Notes under the pieces: model-generated
Seen by the model: the letters and a program-made list of their open reading frames with translations, nothing else
Databases searched by the model: none
Told to the model about the DNA's origin: nothing
Shown: piece after piece, positions 19,001 through 29,093 of the stretch
How positions within the stretch are numbered: the first letter of the stretch is position 1
Layout of the letters: each line of letters starts with the position of its first letter
Position numbers and translations under genes: made by a program
IMG/VR virus record: IMGVR_UViG_2938655777_000006
Location: 144,983-201,847 of that record
From: a virus
Taxonomy: Duplodnaviria > Heunggongvirae > Uroviricota > Caudoviricetes
DNA: 56,865 nucleotides
Reading direction: 5' to 3' (one strand)

Positions 19001-21458
19001 TAAACAGTCCATGAACGCAGAAGCTGCGGCAGAATTAATTCTCAAATACCCTCAATTAGCTTCGGAGATTTACAAAACATCTGAGGGATGGGCTTTTGAA
19101 AAGAATGCTCTCGAAGTTGTTCGAAAAGCTAAAATACAAAAGGCTATAGATGATCTAAAGTCAGAAAAGGCGTCCAGTTTAAGTACAAAACTTGAATCTG
19201 ATGATCGTATCGCAGTTTACATTAAAGAGGCTGGAGCGATTAAAAGTCTTGCTGAATTGAAAGCTAGATTGAATGGAGTTATGGCTCAGAGTTCATTAGA
19301 TGTTTTTAACAAACAAAAAGAGCTAAACAACATGACCGGAGTGAAATCTTTCTTAAGTGCTCCTTTTCAGAACCAGTTAAACCAAGATAAGAAAAACATG
19401 GAGAAAAGCAAAAAAGATATAGGCGAAATATATAGTGGATACGAGAAAGATATGAAGCAGTATGACACTCAGATTAATGCTTTAACCAAGCTATATAATG
19501 ATCCAAAATTTGGTGTGAGTTCTTCTGGTTCAAAAAAGGACAAGGGGAGCGGGAGAAAAAAAGGGAAGAGTGATTCAGAGAAAGCTGCTGAAAAAGCAGC
19601 GAAGGATGCCTCAGAAGCCCGTAAGGATGCTTACTCTGACGACTTGGATAATTTCAAATATATAGCTGAACGCAATGAATGGTCCATAGACCAACAGGTA
19701 GCAGGATATAAACGATTGGCTCAACGGCATAAGCAGTACCTCTCAGAAGACAAGGATGCAATGAAGCAATGGAGCCGCGATGTTCAGAAACTGACTGATT
19801 CCAGATTTCAGGAAGATGTTGAGAATCTTGAGCGAAGAAGCGAGCGCATGCGGCAGGCCAATAAACAGGAAATTGAGATGGTTAAAACCAGCCTGGATTT
19901 CTACAAGAAGGAGCAAAATAAAAATTATCTGCTTCCTGCTAACCGTAGAGAGATTGCCAAACAGATCTATGATTTAACCGTCAAATACAATGAGCTTCGC
20001 TATCAAAACAGTGAGAAGTGGATTGATAAAGAGACTTCCAAAATGGAGATGGCAGGTCAAAGCCAGATTGCTATCCTCAAAATGGAATATGACGCTTATA
20101 TGCGTATGAGCAAGGCTAAAGATCGTACTGCTGAGCAAAGCTTTGAATTGCAGCAGAAGATTTACGAGAAACGTAAAGCTTTGGAAGATGAGTTTTTGTC
20201 GGACTTCCAGAAAAGAATCAATTACCAGAAGAGTATGGAAGCCATGTCTGTTTCTGATCAGCTTAATGCATGGACAAAAATGCAGGCTCTTTACAAAGAA
20301 GGATCAGAACAGCGGATGGAAATTGATGTACAGATCCATGACTTGAAGAAGCAGCTTATGGAGGATCAAAAGAAGGTTGCTGCCGAAGCGGCTAAAAAGG
20401 AGAAGGAGGCACTTGAAAAGACTCGGGATGAGGAAGTAAAGCGTATTGAGGCGGAACGTGATGCTTTTATTGAGGCTCAGGACGCTAAAATTAAGGCCAT
20501 AGACGACTTGCTAGCCAAGATGCAGACAGCTAATGAAGACGAGGACTATGATCGTGCTATGGCAGAGAAGCAAGCACGTCTTGCTTTGCTCCAATCCGCC
20601 GTTGGTCCCGAGGGTATCGCTGAGCGCAAACAAACCGAGAAAGACATTGAGGATATGCAACGGGAACATAACCGGACGCTGGCAAAGCGCGGCTTGGAGG
20701 ATCAAAAGAAAAAGCTTCAAGATGAGAAGACTGTGCGAGAAAAGGATTACAATGAACAGATTGAAGCAGCAAAACAGCACTACGATGAACTCACCAGTAA
20801 GTTCGATGAGTATTCAGATGGTGTTGAATCCAAAGCTGAAGATCTGAAAAATACGCAGATTTCAAAAGAATCTGAGAAGAACGCAGAAATCTTGCGCCAG
20901 TTGGATCAATTCATCTTAGACTATCAAATGAAAATGGCTGAAATAAATGCCACTTCATTGTCTGCATCCTTGGATACAGGTTCCCAAATCTCTGAAAAGG
21001 ACAGTGACTTGGAGCGATATAATTCCAATATTGATAAATGGTACTCGGCAGGCACTGCTGAGAAGGGCAAGCTGCACGAGGAAAATGCTGCTCTGCGGAA
21101 TAAGTATGGCATCAAGAAGGACACTGGCAAGCTTCAAAAATTCCATTCTGGCGGGATCGTTCAGGGGGATCGAGGTGCAGAGGTTCCGGTAATTGCAAAG
21201 GCTGGTGAAATGTATCTGAACGATCAACAGCAAAGTAACCTGTTTAACCTCATTAGTTTCAAAATGCCAAGGCTTGATTTCTCTATGCCGAATTTCTCCA
21301 TGGCTTCGGGGGAGGGGACAAATCCGCAGTATAACAACAATTACTACACAGTAACTTCAGGAGATACTTATATTGAAGATGAGTCCGCAGCAAAGGTGTT
21401 TTGGACCGAACGAGATAACCTGGTGCGGAGGTTGCAAGCGAGGGGAGGTAAGTCTTAA
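16035..21458 (+). CDS. Tail tape measure protein
   Basis: 1807 aa helical/coiled-coil; LKVQMDTIQRK; C-terminal KFHSGGIV..GAEVPVIAKAGE. Confidence 0.95.
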   Translation: MSVVADLSKDVVGARISLDTTKILPAFKVIDNGARENAESFKVLNSELGLSEKNFKSLASSADKFALSAEDRRKKILAESEALVKQRTAQAELNTARKNQLDQANKVTDEKLRAQQAIVKKREDAIEQQEREHLKRMEALQNKATSTGQRAAKVSGAGTDDKTRERVLMQEQAIRMKLQQMADKEAQQARKNAQDYEKFWINALRTREQKEAQVREKVLQEEQKIRRSLSQTETQMKQTFNITPSWIGKLGDMATHAAVFHTAYAAMHKVQEALREGIVGIESNMAGYVQTNEHYFLEYNEGTKEMVMNTEKLHDETTKFIRTAHDLGSEIMDVTESARLWGRMYKDAGVVQEMVRKSTMLSTVDLVSLEDATKSMESTFAQYGVQIKDSNDAMVLGGRVLDSWSKVAHDTMAPARDLGAAFERTGKIAAETGVSFDFMNGLISAGIRNTALSGENLGNMWKTVLGTIRTDKAVAEIERLGVQTKEVVNGTEQWKRAEDILLELSTKVIDKNYDLTKSYADISRGVYQYAKLAASLNAGDILLGTAASIGSTGSTMEYLKVQMDTIQRKAAQTKASLLEIFNNAGDDGLRRMIKDVLDVIDQLLIGLTKVPAGVFEGTAAIGGLLLAYKALSGPIINVIEAVKVLTAAKTAETVAVSANTTANQVNIVSAQGSTLSTVSRTAATEGATVAQGALTLATEGATVATNSLSVAQAAATVTTAAATAGISLIAGAIALYAFQSGKSEKASRERIQSLKDEIGASQQMMGQYQRQIDLLPKLVSAHKSLEQSLNVGNLSLEKETKIKKQLDEVSKALVITLGEEGARRLSANNYDDSAVKKEIENLNKLIEKKREASRLTLLDQQSEIMRQQKANSSELAKAQEKLAATEAELNERIEKRMGTMKKEEQVKDAKEAVHALITENHKLAESLAETQVQLTQIAVDGFDQFSGNAGTAAESAKTQEEALADLREQIQGNGKAISEMNTALNDLANKQSMNAEAAAELILKYPQLASEIYKTSEGWAFEKNALEVVRKAKIQKAIDDLKSEKASSLSTKLESDDRIAVYIKEAGAIKSLAELKARLNGVMAQSSLDVFNKQKELNNMTGVKSFLSAPFQNQLNQDKKNMEKSKKDIGEIYSGYEKDMKQYDTQINALTKLYNDPKFGVSSSGSKKDKGSGRKKGKSDSEKAAEKAAKDASEARKDAYSDDLDNFKYIAERNEWSIDQQVAGYKRLAQRHKQYLSEDKDAMKQWSRDVQKLTDSRFQEDVENLERRSERMRQANKQEIEMVKTSLDFYKKEQNKNYLLPANRREIAKQIYDLTVKYNELRYQNSEKWIDKETSKMEMAGQSQIAILKMEYDAYMRMSKAKDRTAEQSFELQQKIYEKRKALEDEFLSDFQKRINYQKSMEAMSVSDQLNAWTKMQALYKEGSEQRMEIDVQIHDLKKQLMEDQKKVAAEAAKKEKEALEKTRDEEVKRIEAERDAFIEAQDAKIKAIDDLLAKMQTANEDEDYDRAMAEKQARLALLQSAVGPEGIAERKQTEKDIEDMQREHNRTLAKRGLEDQKKKLQDEKTVREKDYNEQIEAAKQHYDELTSKFDEYSDGVESKAEDLKNTQISKESEKNAEILRQLDQFILDYQMKMAEINATSLSASLDTGSQISEKDSDLERYNSNIDKWYSAGTAEKGKLHEENAALRNKYGIKKDTGKLQKFHSGGIVQGDRGAEVPVIAKAGEMYLNDQQQSNLFNLISFKMPRLDFSMPNFSMASGEGTNPQYNNNYYTVTSGDTYIEDESAAKVFWTERDNLVRRLQARGGKS

Positions 21459-22012
21459 TGATCGACGCAACGGCAGATGGAAAGTCTTTTAAATCCATTG
21501 GTTTGGGGTTGAAAAAGCACAATATACCCGTGCTACCGCCTACGAAAGATCATTCTCTGGAAATAGCTGAGCGTGATGGGGAATTGGATTTTGGCAGCAC
21601 TTACGGAGCGCGAACAATCAATCTTGAATGCGTCCTAATGGCTGATGATACAACCCTTGATTACCATAGGAGAGTCGCCCAAGTGGCGGCTCTTTTTAAT
21701 GCCAAAAAAGGGGATATCGTATTCACGTTTTCGGACTTACCAGACAGGCGATATATCGGACGTTATGCCGGAACATTGGATATCGAAAAAATACTTTGGG
21801 ATGGAGAACTGACTATCCCGATTAAGATGGGTGAGCATCCGTTTCCAGAGTCGGAGGAGAACATAAAAGAGATAATTATCACACAGTCTCCACAAACAGT
21901 GCCAGTTATTTCTACAGGGGATGAACGGGCGAGTCCTGTAATAGTTCTTACCAACATCGGAAACAACGACATACGGAATTTTCGTATTGCGAATGAGTAC
22001 CAAGTAGAATAG
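21458..22012 (+). CDS. Distal tail protein (Dit)
   Basis: IAERDGELDFGSTYGARTINLEC, LTFSD-like PDRRY motif; follows TMP. Confidence 0.85.
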   Translation: MIDATADGKSFKSIGLGLKKHNIPVLPPTKDHSLEIAERDGELDFGSTYGARTINLECVLMADDTTLDYHRRVAQVAALFNAKKGDIVFTFSDLPDRRYIGRYAGTLDIEKILWDGELTIPIKMGEHPFPESEENIKEIIITQSPQTVPVISTGDERASPVIVLTNIGNNDIRNFRIANEYQVE

Positions 22013-22024
22013 GAGGTCTTTATA

Positions 22025-22435
22025 TTGGCAGACATAATTTTGAGCAAAAGCAACTGGTGGAAAACAGCCTGTATTAATGCAGCCTTGCGCGGGATTAACT
22101 TTGCATCCCCTCAGACGCTATACATCGCCTTGTACACCAGTAGCCCAACAGATGCAGACACAGGACAGGAGGTAAGCGGAGGGGGCTATGCGCGCCGTGC
22201 TGTGACGTTTTTTGAACCAGTTATAGCGGATCGGTGGGCAGTTGTAGCCAGCATATCCGACGTGGTTTTTCCCATTGCGTCGGCCAAATGGGGGTTAATC
22301 ACTCATGTCGGCATAAGGGACGCTGCAACAGGTGGCAACCTGATCTATTATGGGGCTATCACTACGCCGCGCACAGCGGAAACAAATGATACGCTGCGGT
22401 TTTTAGCCGGACAACTTAAAGTTAACGAGGGGTGA
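22025..22435 (+). CDS. Tail/baseplate structural protein
   Basis: LYIALYTSSPTDADTGQEVSGGGYAR, WGLITHVGIRDA. Confidence 0.8.
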   Translation: MADIILSKSNWWKTACINAALRGINFASPQTLYIALYTSSPTDADTGQEVSGGGYARRAVTFFEPVIADRWAVVASISDVVFPIASAKWGLITHVGIRDAATGGNLIYYGAITTPRTAETNDTLRFLAGQLKVNEG

Positions 22436-23361
22436 GGAGCTTGGGAAAAATGTATCCACCAGTGGTGAACTCTCCTAAAACAGAGTTGACCGAATTGATT
22501 ACGGACAAACAAACGGAAATTACTGTTGCTAATGTGTCTGTACTGCTTCAAGGCGAAGGTATTGCTGTTTTGGGCAATGGAGATGCAGCAGAGACGATTA
22601 CGTATACAAGTGTGGAAGATAACGTGTTGAAGGGCTGTGTACGTGGTTTTGAAGGTGTTGCCCGTGCTTGGCCTGTTGGTACACGGGTTGCACGGAACTT
22701 TACGGCGGCAGACTTCAAGGCGGCTCAGGACAACATTATTGAGATTGATGGAAAAGTAACTACCCTTAGCACTACGGTATCTGAAAAGACTCAGAATGCT
22801 TCCTTAACTAAAAAGGGTGTCACTCAACTATCCGAGGCTGTTGACGGAACGCGGAATGATATAGCAGCTACAGAGAGTGCAGTAAAAAAAGCTTATGATC
22901 TGGCTAATGGGAGGGAAACACCATCTGGAGCGCAAGCAAAAGCAGATGGTGCAAAACTATCAGCTCAGGCGTACGCAGATATAACTTTTGTCAAGCTAGC
23001 AGGGACGCAGAATATTGAACTTGGGCTTAAGAACAATTCTCAAAATTCACCTGCATTTATTGATTTCCATTGCAGCAGTGTAGACAACGATTATGATGCC
23101 CGAATTATGGTAGATGGTTCAAATGGAGATACGGGAGGAGGGACAATTCAATTATTTGCCAAGGGTGTTTCCTTTTTTATCCCATCAGGGCGAGTAGATG
23201 CTAATGAATTAAAGGATTTATACACTGGATTAGGAAGCCCCGAAGGAATTAGAGCAGCTCCTGTAGGCTCTTTGTATAGACGTTATGACGGCGGTTCTAG
23301 CTCAACGTTTTATGTGAAAGAAGCGGGAGGAAGTGGAAATACAGGCTGGAGGGCAATCTAA
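22432..23361 (+). CDS. Tail fibre / receptor-binding protein
   Basis: ASLTKKGVTQLS fibre repeat; C-terminal GSPEG..AAPVGSLY..YVKE...NTGW. Confidence 0.8.
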   Translation: MRSLGKMYPPVVNSPKTELTELITDKQTEITVANVSVLLQGEGIAVLGNGDAAETITYTSVEDNVLKGCVRGFEGVARAWPVGTRVARNFTAADFKAAQDNIIEIDGKVTTLSTTVSEKTQNASLTKKGVTQLSEAVDGTRNDIAATESAVKKAYDLANGRETPSGAQAKADGAKLSAQAYADITFVKLAGTQNIELGLKNNSQNSPAFIDFHCSSVDNDYDARIMVDGSNGDTGGGTIQLFAKGVSFFIPSGRVDANELKDLYTGLGSPEGIRAAPVGSLYRRYDGGSSSTFYVKEAGGSGNTGWRAI

Positions 23362-23717
23362 TGTTAAAAAATTGTATCGTATTACACGGTGATGTGATTA
23401 ACATCGGGCCTTGGGATTATCAAAAACAAATAGTGCAGATAGGTGTAGTTGATGGACAAGCAGTGTACGAAGAACAGACCACGAACCCATTACCTGAAGG
23501 GGCAGTGATTGAGGAACGAGAAATCGAAACTGCGCCCGACGGCGGTCTGATTGTAAAAGGTTCTGCACAACCGACCAGTGATGAACTTCTTGGGCAGGAG
23601 CTTGCACAAATTAAACTCCGATCGATGCAGCAGCAGGAATTACTCAACAATATGGGTGCGGAGTTGGCAGCAGCGCGGTTAGAAATTATTTCGTTGAAGG
23701 GAGAGAGTGGATCATGA
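23361..23717 (+). CDS. Tail fibre-associated (XkdW-like) protein
   Basis: Position after the fibre gene; coiled C-terminus. Confidence 0.6.
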   Translation: MLKNCIVLHGDVINIGPWDYQKQIVQIGVVDGQAVYEEQTTNPLPEGAVIEEREIETAPDGGLIVKGSAQPTSDELLGQELAQIKLRSMQQQELLNNMGAELAAARLEIISLKGESGS

Positions 23718-23854
23718 GATTTTGGACGATTGCATTTAATCAACGTTGGGTGACTGCGGAACAACTCAAAGGTGCTGTGAAGACGGAAACCAATCGGTTT
23801 GGTGAAATCACGCCAGAGGAATACAAGACCATTACAGGCTTGGACTTTGCGTAG
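23714..23854 (+). CDS. XkdX-family small protein (46 aa)
   Basis: MRFWTIAFNQRWVTAEQLK...GEITPEEYKTITG; below ORF-track cutoff. Confidence 0.8.
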   Translation: MRFWTIAFNQRWVTAEQLKGAVKTETNRFGEITPEEYKTITGLDFA

Positions 23855-23886
23855 GAAAAGTTTCCTTAGCAAGTTAGGAGGACGCT

Positions 23887-24516
23887 ATGTTTAATGGTGG
23901 ATTTAATAGCCTTGGTTTTAATACAGGAGATGTAGAAGGGAACATTATTGACCTTTCTGCATCTCTTTCTGGTTCTGGACAAATGTATTCCAGAAAGATA
24001 GAAACGGACGGAGTCGATAGCGACAATGCTTTTAACCTAATGGCCTTCAATGTCACAGAGCCGGGAACGGTCACTGAATATATATTGGACTTTAATTTAG
24101 ATATGACAGCAACGGCTAATCTGTCCGGTGAAGGTCAGGCGCAGGCCGATTTTGTCCGTGAATATGCCTTGGAAGCTGTACCGATGTCGGGCGAGGGACG
24201 TATGACAGATGCAGTATATATCCGCGAAATCTTGGTGCAGGCTGTACCTATGTCCGGGGAAGGAAGGATATTGGCAGAGTTGTCGAAATTCCATACCGAC
24301 TACATTGAATTCACGGATGTGTTCAGGCCGGGAGAGGTAATTGTCATTGACTCAGGAAAATTCAAAATAACGAGAAATGGTAAGAACGTTTCCCATCTAT
24401 ATAACGGAGACTTTTTCGACTTGAATCTTGGGAACAATAATCTGACCTGGACGGACCCTGAGACAGGCCGGACGGTTTTGTTCCGTATTACACACCGAGA
24501 TAGATTCTTATATTAA
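23887..24516 (+). CDS. Tail component protein
   Basis: MFNGGFNSLGFN start; C-terminal FFDLNLGNNNLTW. Confidence 0.7.
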   Translation: MFNGGFNSLGFNTGDVEGNIIDLSASLSGSGQMYSRKIETDGVDSDNAFNLMAFNVTEPGTVTEYILDFNLDMTATANLSGEGQAQADFVREYALEAVPMSGEGRMTDAVYIREILVQAVPMSGEGRILAELSKFHTDYIEFTDVFRPGEVIVIDSGKFKITRNGKNVSHLYNGDFFDLNLGNNNLTWTDPETGRTVLFRITHRDRFLY

Positions 24517-24528
24517 GTGAGGTGGAAT

Positions 24529-26682
24529 ATGCCTACTCCAACTATGCAAGTATTTGATAAAAACATGAGGCGCGTTGGGACGCTGGTGGACTCTTATGAC
24601 ATTCAGCGGCGGCGTAGGATCAACAGCGACTATGAATTAACCTTCATGGTTCCAATGACCAGTGAGGATTATCGTGAAAAGATAGCAATCAAGGGCCACG
24701 TTCGGGATGAGCGTGGTCAATTTTATGTTATCCAATCCCGAAGCCGGTCACGCGAAGGCCGAAAGCTGACTGCAAATATCTATTGCAATCACGTTATGTT
24801 CAAGCTCAATGATTACAAATTTCCGTACGCTTCATACATTGCTGAAGCCTATGGTATCCATATTAATCAACTCACAGACCTGATTACAGCTGCTACAGGC
24901 GGGAGATTCAAATTTGTAATCCATGACACATTCGATTTGCATGATGTCAAAGACTTCGGGCGTGGGACGTGCTTGGAAGCTCTCAATAAGATCGTACAAA
25001 TGTATGAATGTGAAGTCGAGCCGGATAATTTTGTAATCAATCTGAGAAAAAAGATTGGGGCTGATAATGGACTACAATACAGACTCAAGAAGAATATCGT
25101 TTCTAGCTCATTCAAGGATAAAGGGGAATCCCTTGTAACCCGCATGTTTTCGCAGATGAAGGATGGACGCACCTTTATTGGAATGGATGCATCTAAACTG
25201 ACGGACGAGGAGCGGAGTTTGCTTTCCGGTGTGCCGGGAACGATCGTAAACGGGAAGCTCGCTGTTAACTATTTAATTTCTCCTTATGCCCAATATTGGG
25301 CCAGTGATTCCGTACCGTTTTATGATGGCGAGATTATAGAGCAGGACATTGAGGAAGCGGAGGACTTGTTGAAGGCTACGCGGAAGGCTCTTGCCGAACA
25401 GGAGAATGTAACGCTGGAGGTAACTGTATCAACAGCAGACTTGTTTAAAATTGATAACTCGGAACCGGAGCCACATTTGGGTGATGCTGTAATGTGTATT
25501 GATCCAGCGATGGATATGAACAAACTCAAGGCCCGAATCATAGAACTTACAGAGTATCCGTATAGTCGCGACAAACATTCAGAGCCTACCATATCCAATG
25601 TAAACCTTCGCGACTATGCCGACATTATCAGTGACCTAGAGAGAAGCAAAAACATTGTTAACAACTCATTCAGCAATGGAAAGATTCGGACAGAGGTTTT
25701 TGAGTCTTATGCCAAACAAGCTGTCATTGATATTAACAATAGCAAAACCGAGTTGATATACCCACCAGAAGGCGGTATCTTGGCTCAAGAAAAAACGAAT
25801 CCATTGGAACAAGTTCGTCTGACCTCAAAGGGGATAGGCATATCAACAGATGGATGGAAAACGATCCGTGCTGCTATAACCGCTCGCGGAGTATTGGCAG
25901 AACAGATTATTGGACAACTTGGCAGCTTCGTTTCTTTGGTTATTGGTAGTGGTAATAACGTGACAAAGATCAACACGAACGGTATCAGCGCAGGTCATGA
26001 CGATTACAACAGCGCACCATTCCGGGTGGATATGCAAGGTCATATTATAGCTCGTTCCATTGAATTGACAGGGAAAATTGATAATTCAGAAATGAATGCT
26101 TCAGTTATTAGGGCTAGTACAGTTAATGCAAGTACGATACGTGGTAGTAAGTTAATCGGTAATGAGATCGAGGGCGGTATTATTACAGGAGCCTTGTTCC
26201 GTACAGCCAAGGAAGGCCGCAGGATTGAAATCAACTCTACCGGATTGACAGCCTATAACTCATCTGGCGGGGAAGCTATTTCCTTGGGGCAATCAGGAGA
26301 CGGAGGTGCTTTGCTGTTTATGGACAATGGTAGCCCAAGGGGATCGGTTTATGGGGATTCAGAGGGCTTTCACTTAGGAAACATGGCATCTATTATTATT
26401 CGGTCCGTAGACGATGCTACGTATTTTCAAGGGGAAGTTGATTTCAATTACGCAACTGTGACCGGACTTGATTTAAAAATGCAGAGTATATCTGGTTTGT
26501 CTGATAAATTATCAGATATTGATAAGCGAATCTCAGAAATTTATAGTGAATTATTCACTGATATGATTACAAACGCATCATTCGATCCGTCAAGCCGAAA
26601 CTTGAAACTGTACAGTGCCGCCCGTACTGTAGCTACGGTAAATATACCAGCTGGAGGAAGCTCAAGTAGTTCGTCAGCATAA
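24529..26682 (+). CDS. Tail spike / Tal-like protein (prophage tail endopeptidase family)
   Basis: IQRRRRINSDYELTF, GADNGLQYRLKKNI, VTRMFSQ. Confidence 0.85.
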   Translation: MPTPTMQVFDKNMRRVGTLVDSYDIQRRRRINSDYELTFMVPMTSEDYREKIAIKGHVRDERGQFYVIQSRSRSREGRKLTANIYCNHVMFKLNDYKFPYASYIAEAYGIHINQLTDLITAATGGRFKFVIHDTFDLHDVKDFGRGTCLEALNKIVQMYECEVEPDNFVINLRKKIGADNGLQYRLKKNIVSSSFKDKGESLVTRMFSQMKDGRTFIGMDASKLTDEERSLLSGVPGTIVNGKLAVNYLISPYAQYWASDSVPFYDGEIIEQDIEEAEDLLKATRKALAEQENVTLEVTVSTADLFKIDNSEPEPHLGDAVMCIDPAMDMNKLKARIIELTEYPYSRDKHSEPTISNVNLRDYADIISDLERSKNIVNNSFSNGKIRTEVFESYAKQAVIDINNSKTELIYPPEGGILAQEKTNPLEQVRLTSKGIGISTDGWKTIRAAITARGVLAEQIIGQLGSFVSLVIGSGNNVTKINTNGISAGHDDYNSAPFRVDMQGHIIARSIELTGKIDNSEMNASVIRASTVNASTIRGSKLIGNEIEGGIITGALFRTAKEGRRIEINSTGLTAYNSSGGEAISLGQSGDGGALLFMDNGSPRGSVYGDSEGFHLGNMASIIIRSVDDATYFQGEVDFNYATVTGLDLKMQSISGLSDKLSDIDKRISEIYSELFTDMITNASFDPSSRNLKLYSAARTVATVNIPAGGSSSSSSA

Positions 26683-26746
26683 TGTTTACTGCACCTTCTA
26701 CTGATGGTAATATTAGGGCATATATACTACATAGGAGGCACGGTTC

Positions 26747-27331
26747 ATGAAAAAATGGTCTTATTTACTTAGTGGTGTGTTGATCGGTGCAGTTGTTGCT
26801 ACGGCTGGTAGTGCATTTGCGGATCAAATTAAATCTTTGGTCGGGGAGAAGGTCGCTGGGGAATATGCTGTCAAGGTTAACGGCAATTCGCTCGTTGAAA
26901 ATGCGATTGTTGTTGACGGAAAAGCACATGTACCTTTACGAGCCGTTTCCGACTCTTTAGGAGCTGGTTTAAAGGTGGACGGAAAAACGATTCAAATTAC
27001 TACTAACTCAAATACATCTTCTGAAGAAAATGTTGCGCCAGTTGCGACTTCGACGGATGACAGCAACAACAAGTATGAACAAAAGCTATTGGATAGAAAA
27101 AAAGAATTGGAACAAACAATTACTACCACACAAAAAGGAATTGAGGATCAGTTAGCAAACCTCCAAACTGCACAAAAAAGCCGAGAAAAAGTATCTGATG
27201 AACGCTTTTTGTCCATCGGGGACCAAAAGATTCAAGGATATAAAGATCAAATCACTCAACTTGAAAATATTATAGAAAAATCAAAAAAAGAGATTGAAGA
27301 GATTGATAAAACTCTTTCAAGCAAGAAATAA
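26747..27331 (+). CDS. Secreted protein with copper-amine-oxidase N-terminal-like domain and coiled coil
   Basis: Signal peptide (SAFA), DGKAHVPLRAVSDSLG. Confidence 0.7.
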   Translation: MKKWSYLLSGVLIGAVVATAGSAFADQIKSLVGEKVAGEYAVKVNGNSLVENAIVVDGKAHVPLRAVSDSLGAGLKVDGKTIQITTNSNTSSEENVAPVATSTDDSNNKYEQKLLDRKKELEQTITTTQKGIEDQLANLQTAQKSREKVSDERFLSIGDQKIQGYKDQITQLENIIEKSKKEIEEIDKTLSSKK

Positions 27332-27377
27332 TCCGTAGTAACCTAGTAATAAACAAATTATATACTGTATACACAAA

Positions 27378-27401
27378 AGCCCTCTTAAACAGAGGGCTCT
27401 T
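27378..27401 (+). terminator. Hairpin terminator after tail module
   Basis: AGCCCTCT-TAAAC-AGAGGGCT. Confidence 0.6.
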
Positions 27402-27605
27402 ACTCTTATATAAGGGGAATTAGTGTTAGACTGCACTCAAACAAAATAAACGGCAGCTATGGACGAGAAAATAAAATCCTAGACTGCCGTTTTTTTAATG
27501 AACTATTGTGTCCCTTTAGTCAATCTCTTCCCTTTTCATAAAGGTTGTTGTGCAAAGCTTTCTGTCGTTGAAATCATGTCTTACTCCAAGTCACTTTGTA
27601 AAATT

Positions 27606-29093
27606 CTAATCCCCACCGAGTTCAACCGTTTTCGTAGCGACACGGTCATGAAATTCCCGATCATGCTCCACGAATACAATGGTCGGCGTGTACTCAAGCA
27701 GCAGCTCTTCAATTTGCATCCGGGAAATCACGTCGACAAAGTTGAGCGGTTCGTCCCAAATATGCAGATGAGCCTCCTCACATAGGCTTCTCGCGATTAG
27801 AACCTTCTTCTTCTGACCGCCGCTAAACGTCGATATATCCTTCTCAAACTGGATGCGGGCGAAATCTAGCTTACGCAACACGGCCTTAAATAAGCTTTCG
27901 TCAATTCTGTGCTCTGCTGCATAATCGGAAAGCGTTCCTCGCAGATGAGAAGTATTCTGGGATACATAGGAAACGCGAAGCTGCGGCTCCCGCTGAAACG
28001 TTCCTGTATAGTGTAGCGCCTCATCGTTGAGCAGGCGAAGCAAGCTAGACTTACCTGAACCATTTGGACCTGAAATTGCAATCCGATCTCCTGGTTCGAT
28101 CGTCAGACTAACGTTCTTGCAAACCGCTCTTTCCCCGTAGTAAATCGTGACGTGATCCAGTATCGCCAGTTCCGAATTGGGATACACGAGCTGAGAGATC
28201 GCAAGGCTTTCTGACTGTTCGATATTTCGGAGCAGTTTCGATTTTTCCTCTAAAGCGGCGTGTTGCCGCTGTTCGATGGATTTCGAGCGTTTCATCATTT
28301 TCGCTGCCTTATGCCCGACGTAACCCTTGTCAAGCTTGGAACCGGAATTTCGTGTGCCGTTTTTTGATTTTTCGGTCTCGAAAGACCAGCCGCTAGTACG
28401 TTTAGCAGAAGCTGATAAACGCTGTATGTCTTTGTACAGCTTTTCGTTTTGTGCCATTTCGAACGTGTCCTGGCGAGTTTTGTTCGTCCACCAGCTGGAG
28501 AAGTTGCCTTTTTGGATTTCGATATTCGTTTTGTTGATCGATAGAATATGATCCACGCAGCGGTCGAGAAAAGCCCGGTCGTGTGAAACAAGAATAAAAC
28601 CGCGCTTCGTATTCAGATAATCGGCGACAAGCTTGCGTGCGTGCAAGTCGAGATGATTGGTCGGCTCGTCGATGAGCAGAAATCGATTGTCTTGGATGAA
28701 TAGCACGACCAGCAATACCTTCGTCTGTTCTCCTTGGGACAGCGATTCGAATGGCCGGTACAACACGTCTTCTGAAACCTTAAGCAGGTTCAGTTCGCGC
28801 ATCAACTTCCAGTTCTCATAGTTTGGCACGATCTCTTCGACGACGTCTAAGGTCAAATACTCAGGATGTTCGACGGGAAACGGAAAATAATCAAAGGCGA
28901 CTGGTGTGGAGATCGTACCGCTGTATTCGTACTTCCCCTGAAGCAGGTTTAAGAACGTCGTTTTCCCCCGACCGTTTCTCCCCGTAAAGCCCAACTTCCA
29001 GTCTGTATCAATTTGAAAATGAACATTTTCGAATATGGGGTCATAGCTGCCTGGATAGGCAAAAGTAAGATTGGTCACCTGAATGGCGGGCAT
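27606..29093 (-). CDS. lsa: Lsa-family ABC-F ribosomal protection protein (495 aa)
   Basis: IQVTNLTFAYPGSYDPIFENV...DTDWKLGFTGRNGRGKTT, LSQGEQTK, SGGQKKKVLIARSLC; two ABC domains, no TM segments. Confidence 0.88.
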   Translation of the reverse strand: MPAIQVTNLTFAYPGSYDPIFENVHFQIDTDWKLGFTGRNGRGKTTFLNLLQGKYEYSGTISTPVAFDYFPFPVEHPEYLTLDVVEEIVPNYENWKLMRELNLLKVSEDVLYRPFESLSQGEQTKVLLVVLFIQDNRFLLIDEPTNHLDLHARKLVADYLNTKRGFILVSHDRAFLDRCVDHILSINKTNIEIQKGNFSSWWTNKTRQDTFEMAQNEKLYKDIQRLSASAKRTSGWSFETEKSKNGTRNSGSKLDKGYVGHKAAKMMKRSKSIEQRQHAALEEKSKLLRNIEQSESLAISQLVYPNSELAILDHVTIYYGERAVCKNVSLTIEPGDRIAISGPNGSGKSSLLRLLNDEALHYTGTFQREPQLRVSYVSQNTSHLRGTLSDYAAEHRIDESLFKAVLRKLDFARIQFEKDISTFSGGQKKKVLIARSLCEEAHLHIWDEPLNFVDVISRMQIEELLLEYTPTIVFVEHDREFHDRVATKTVELGGD

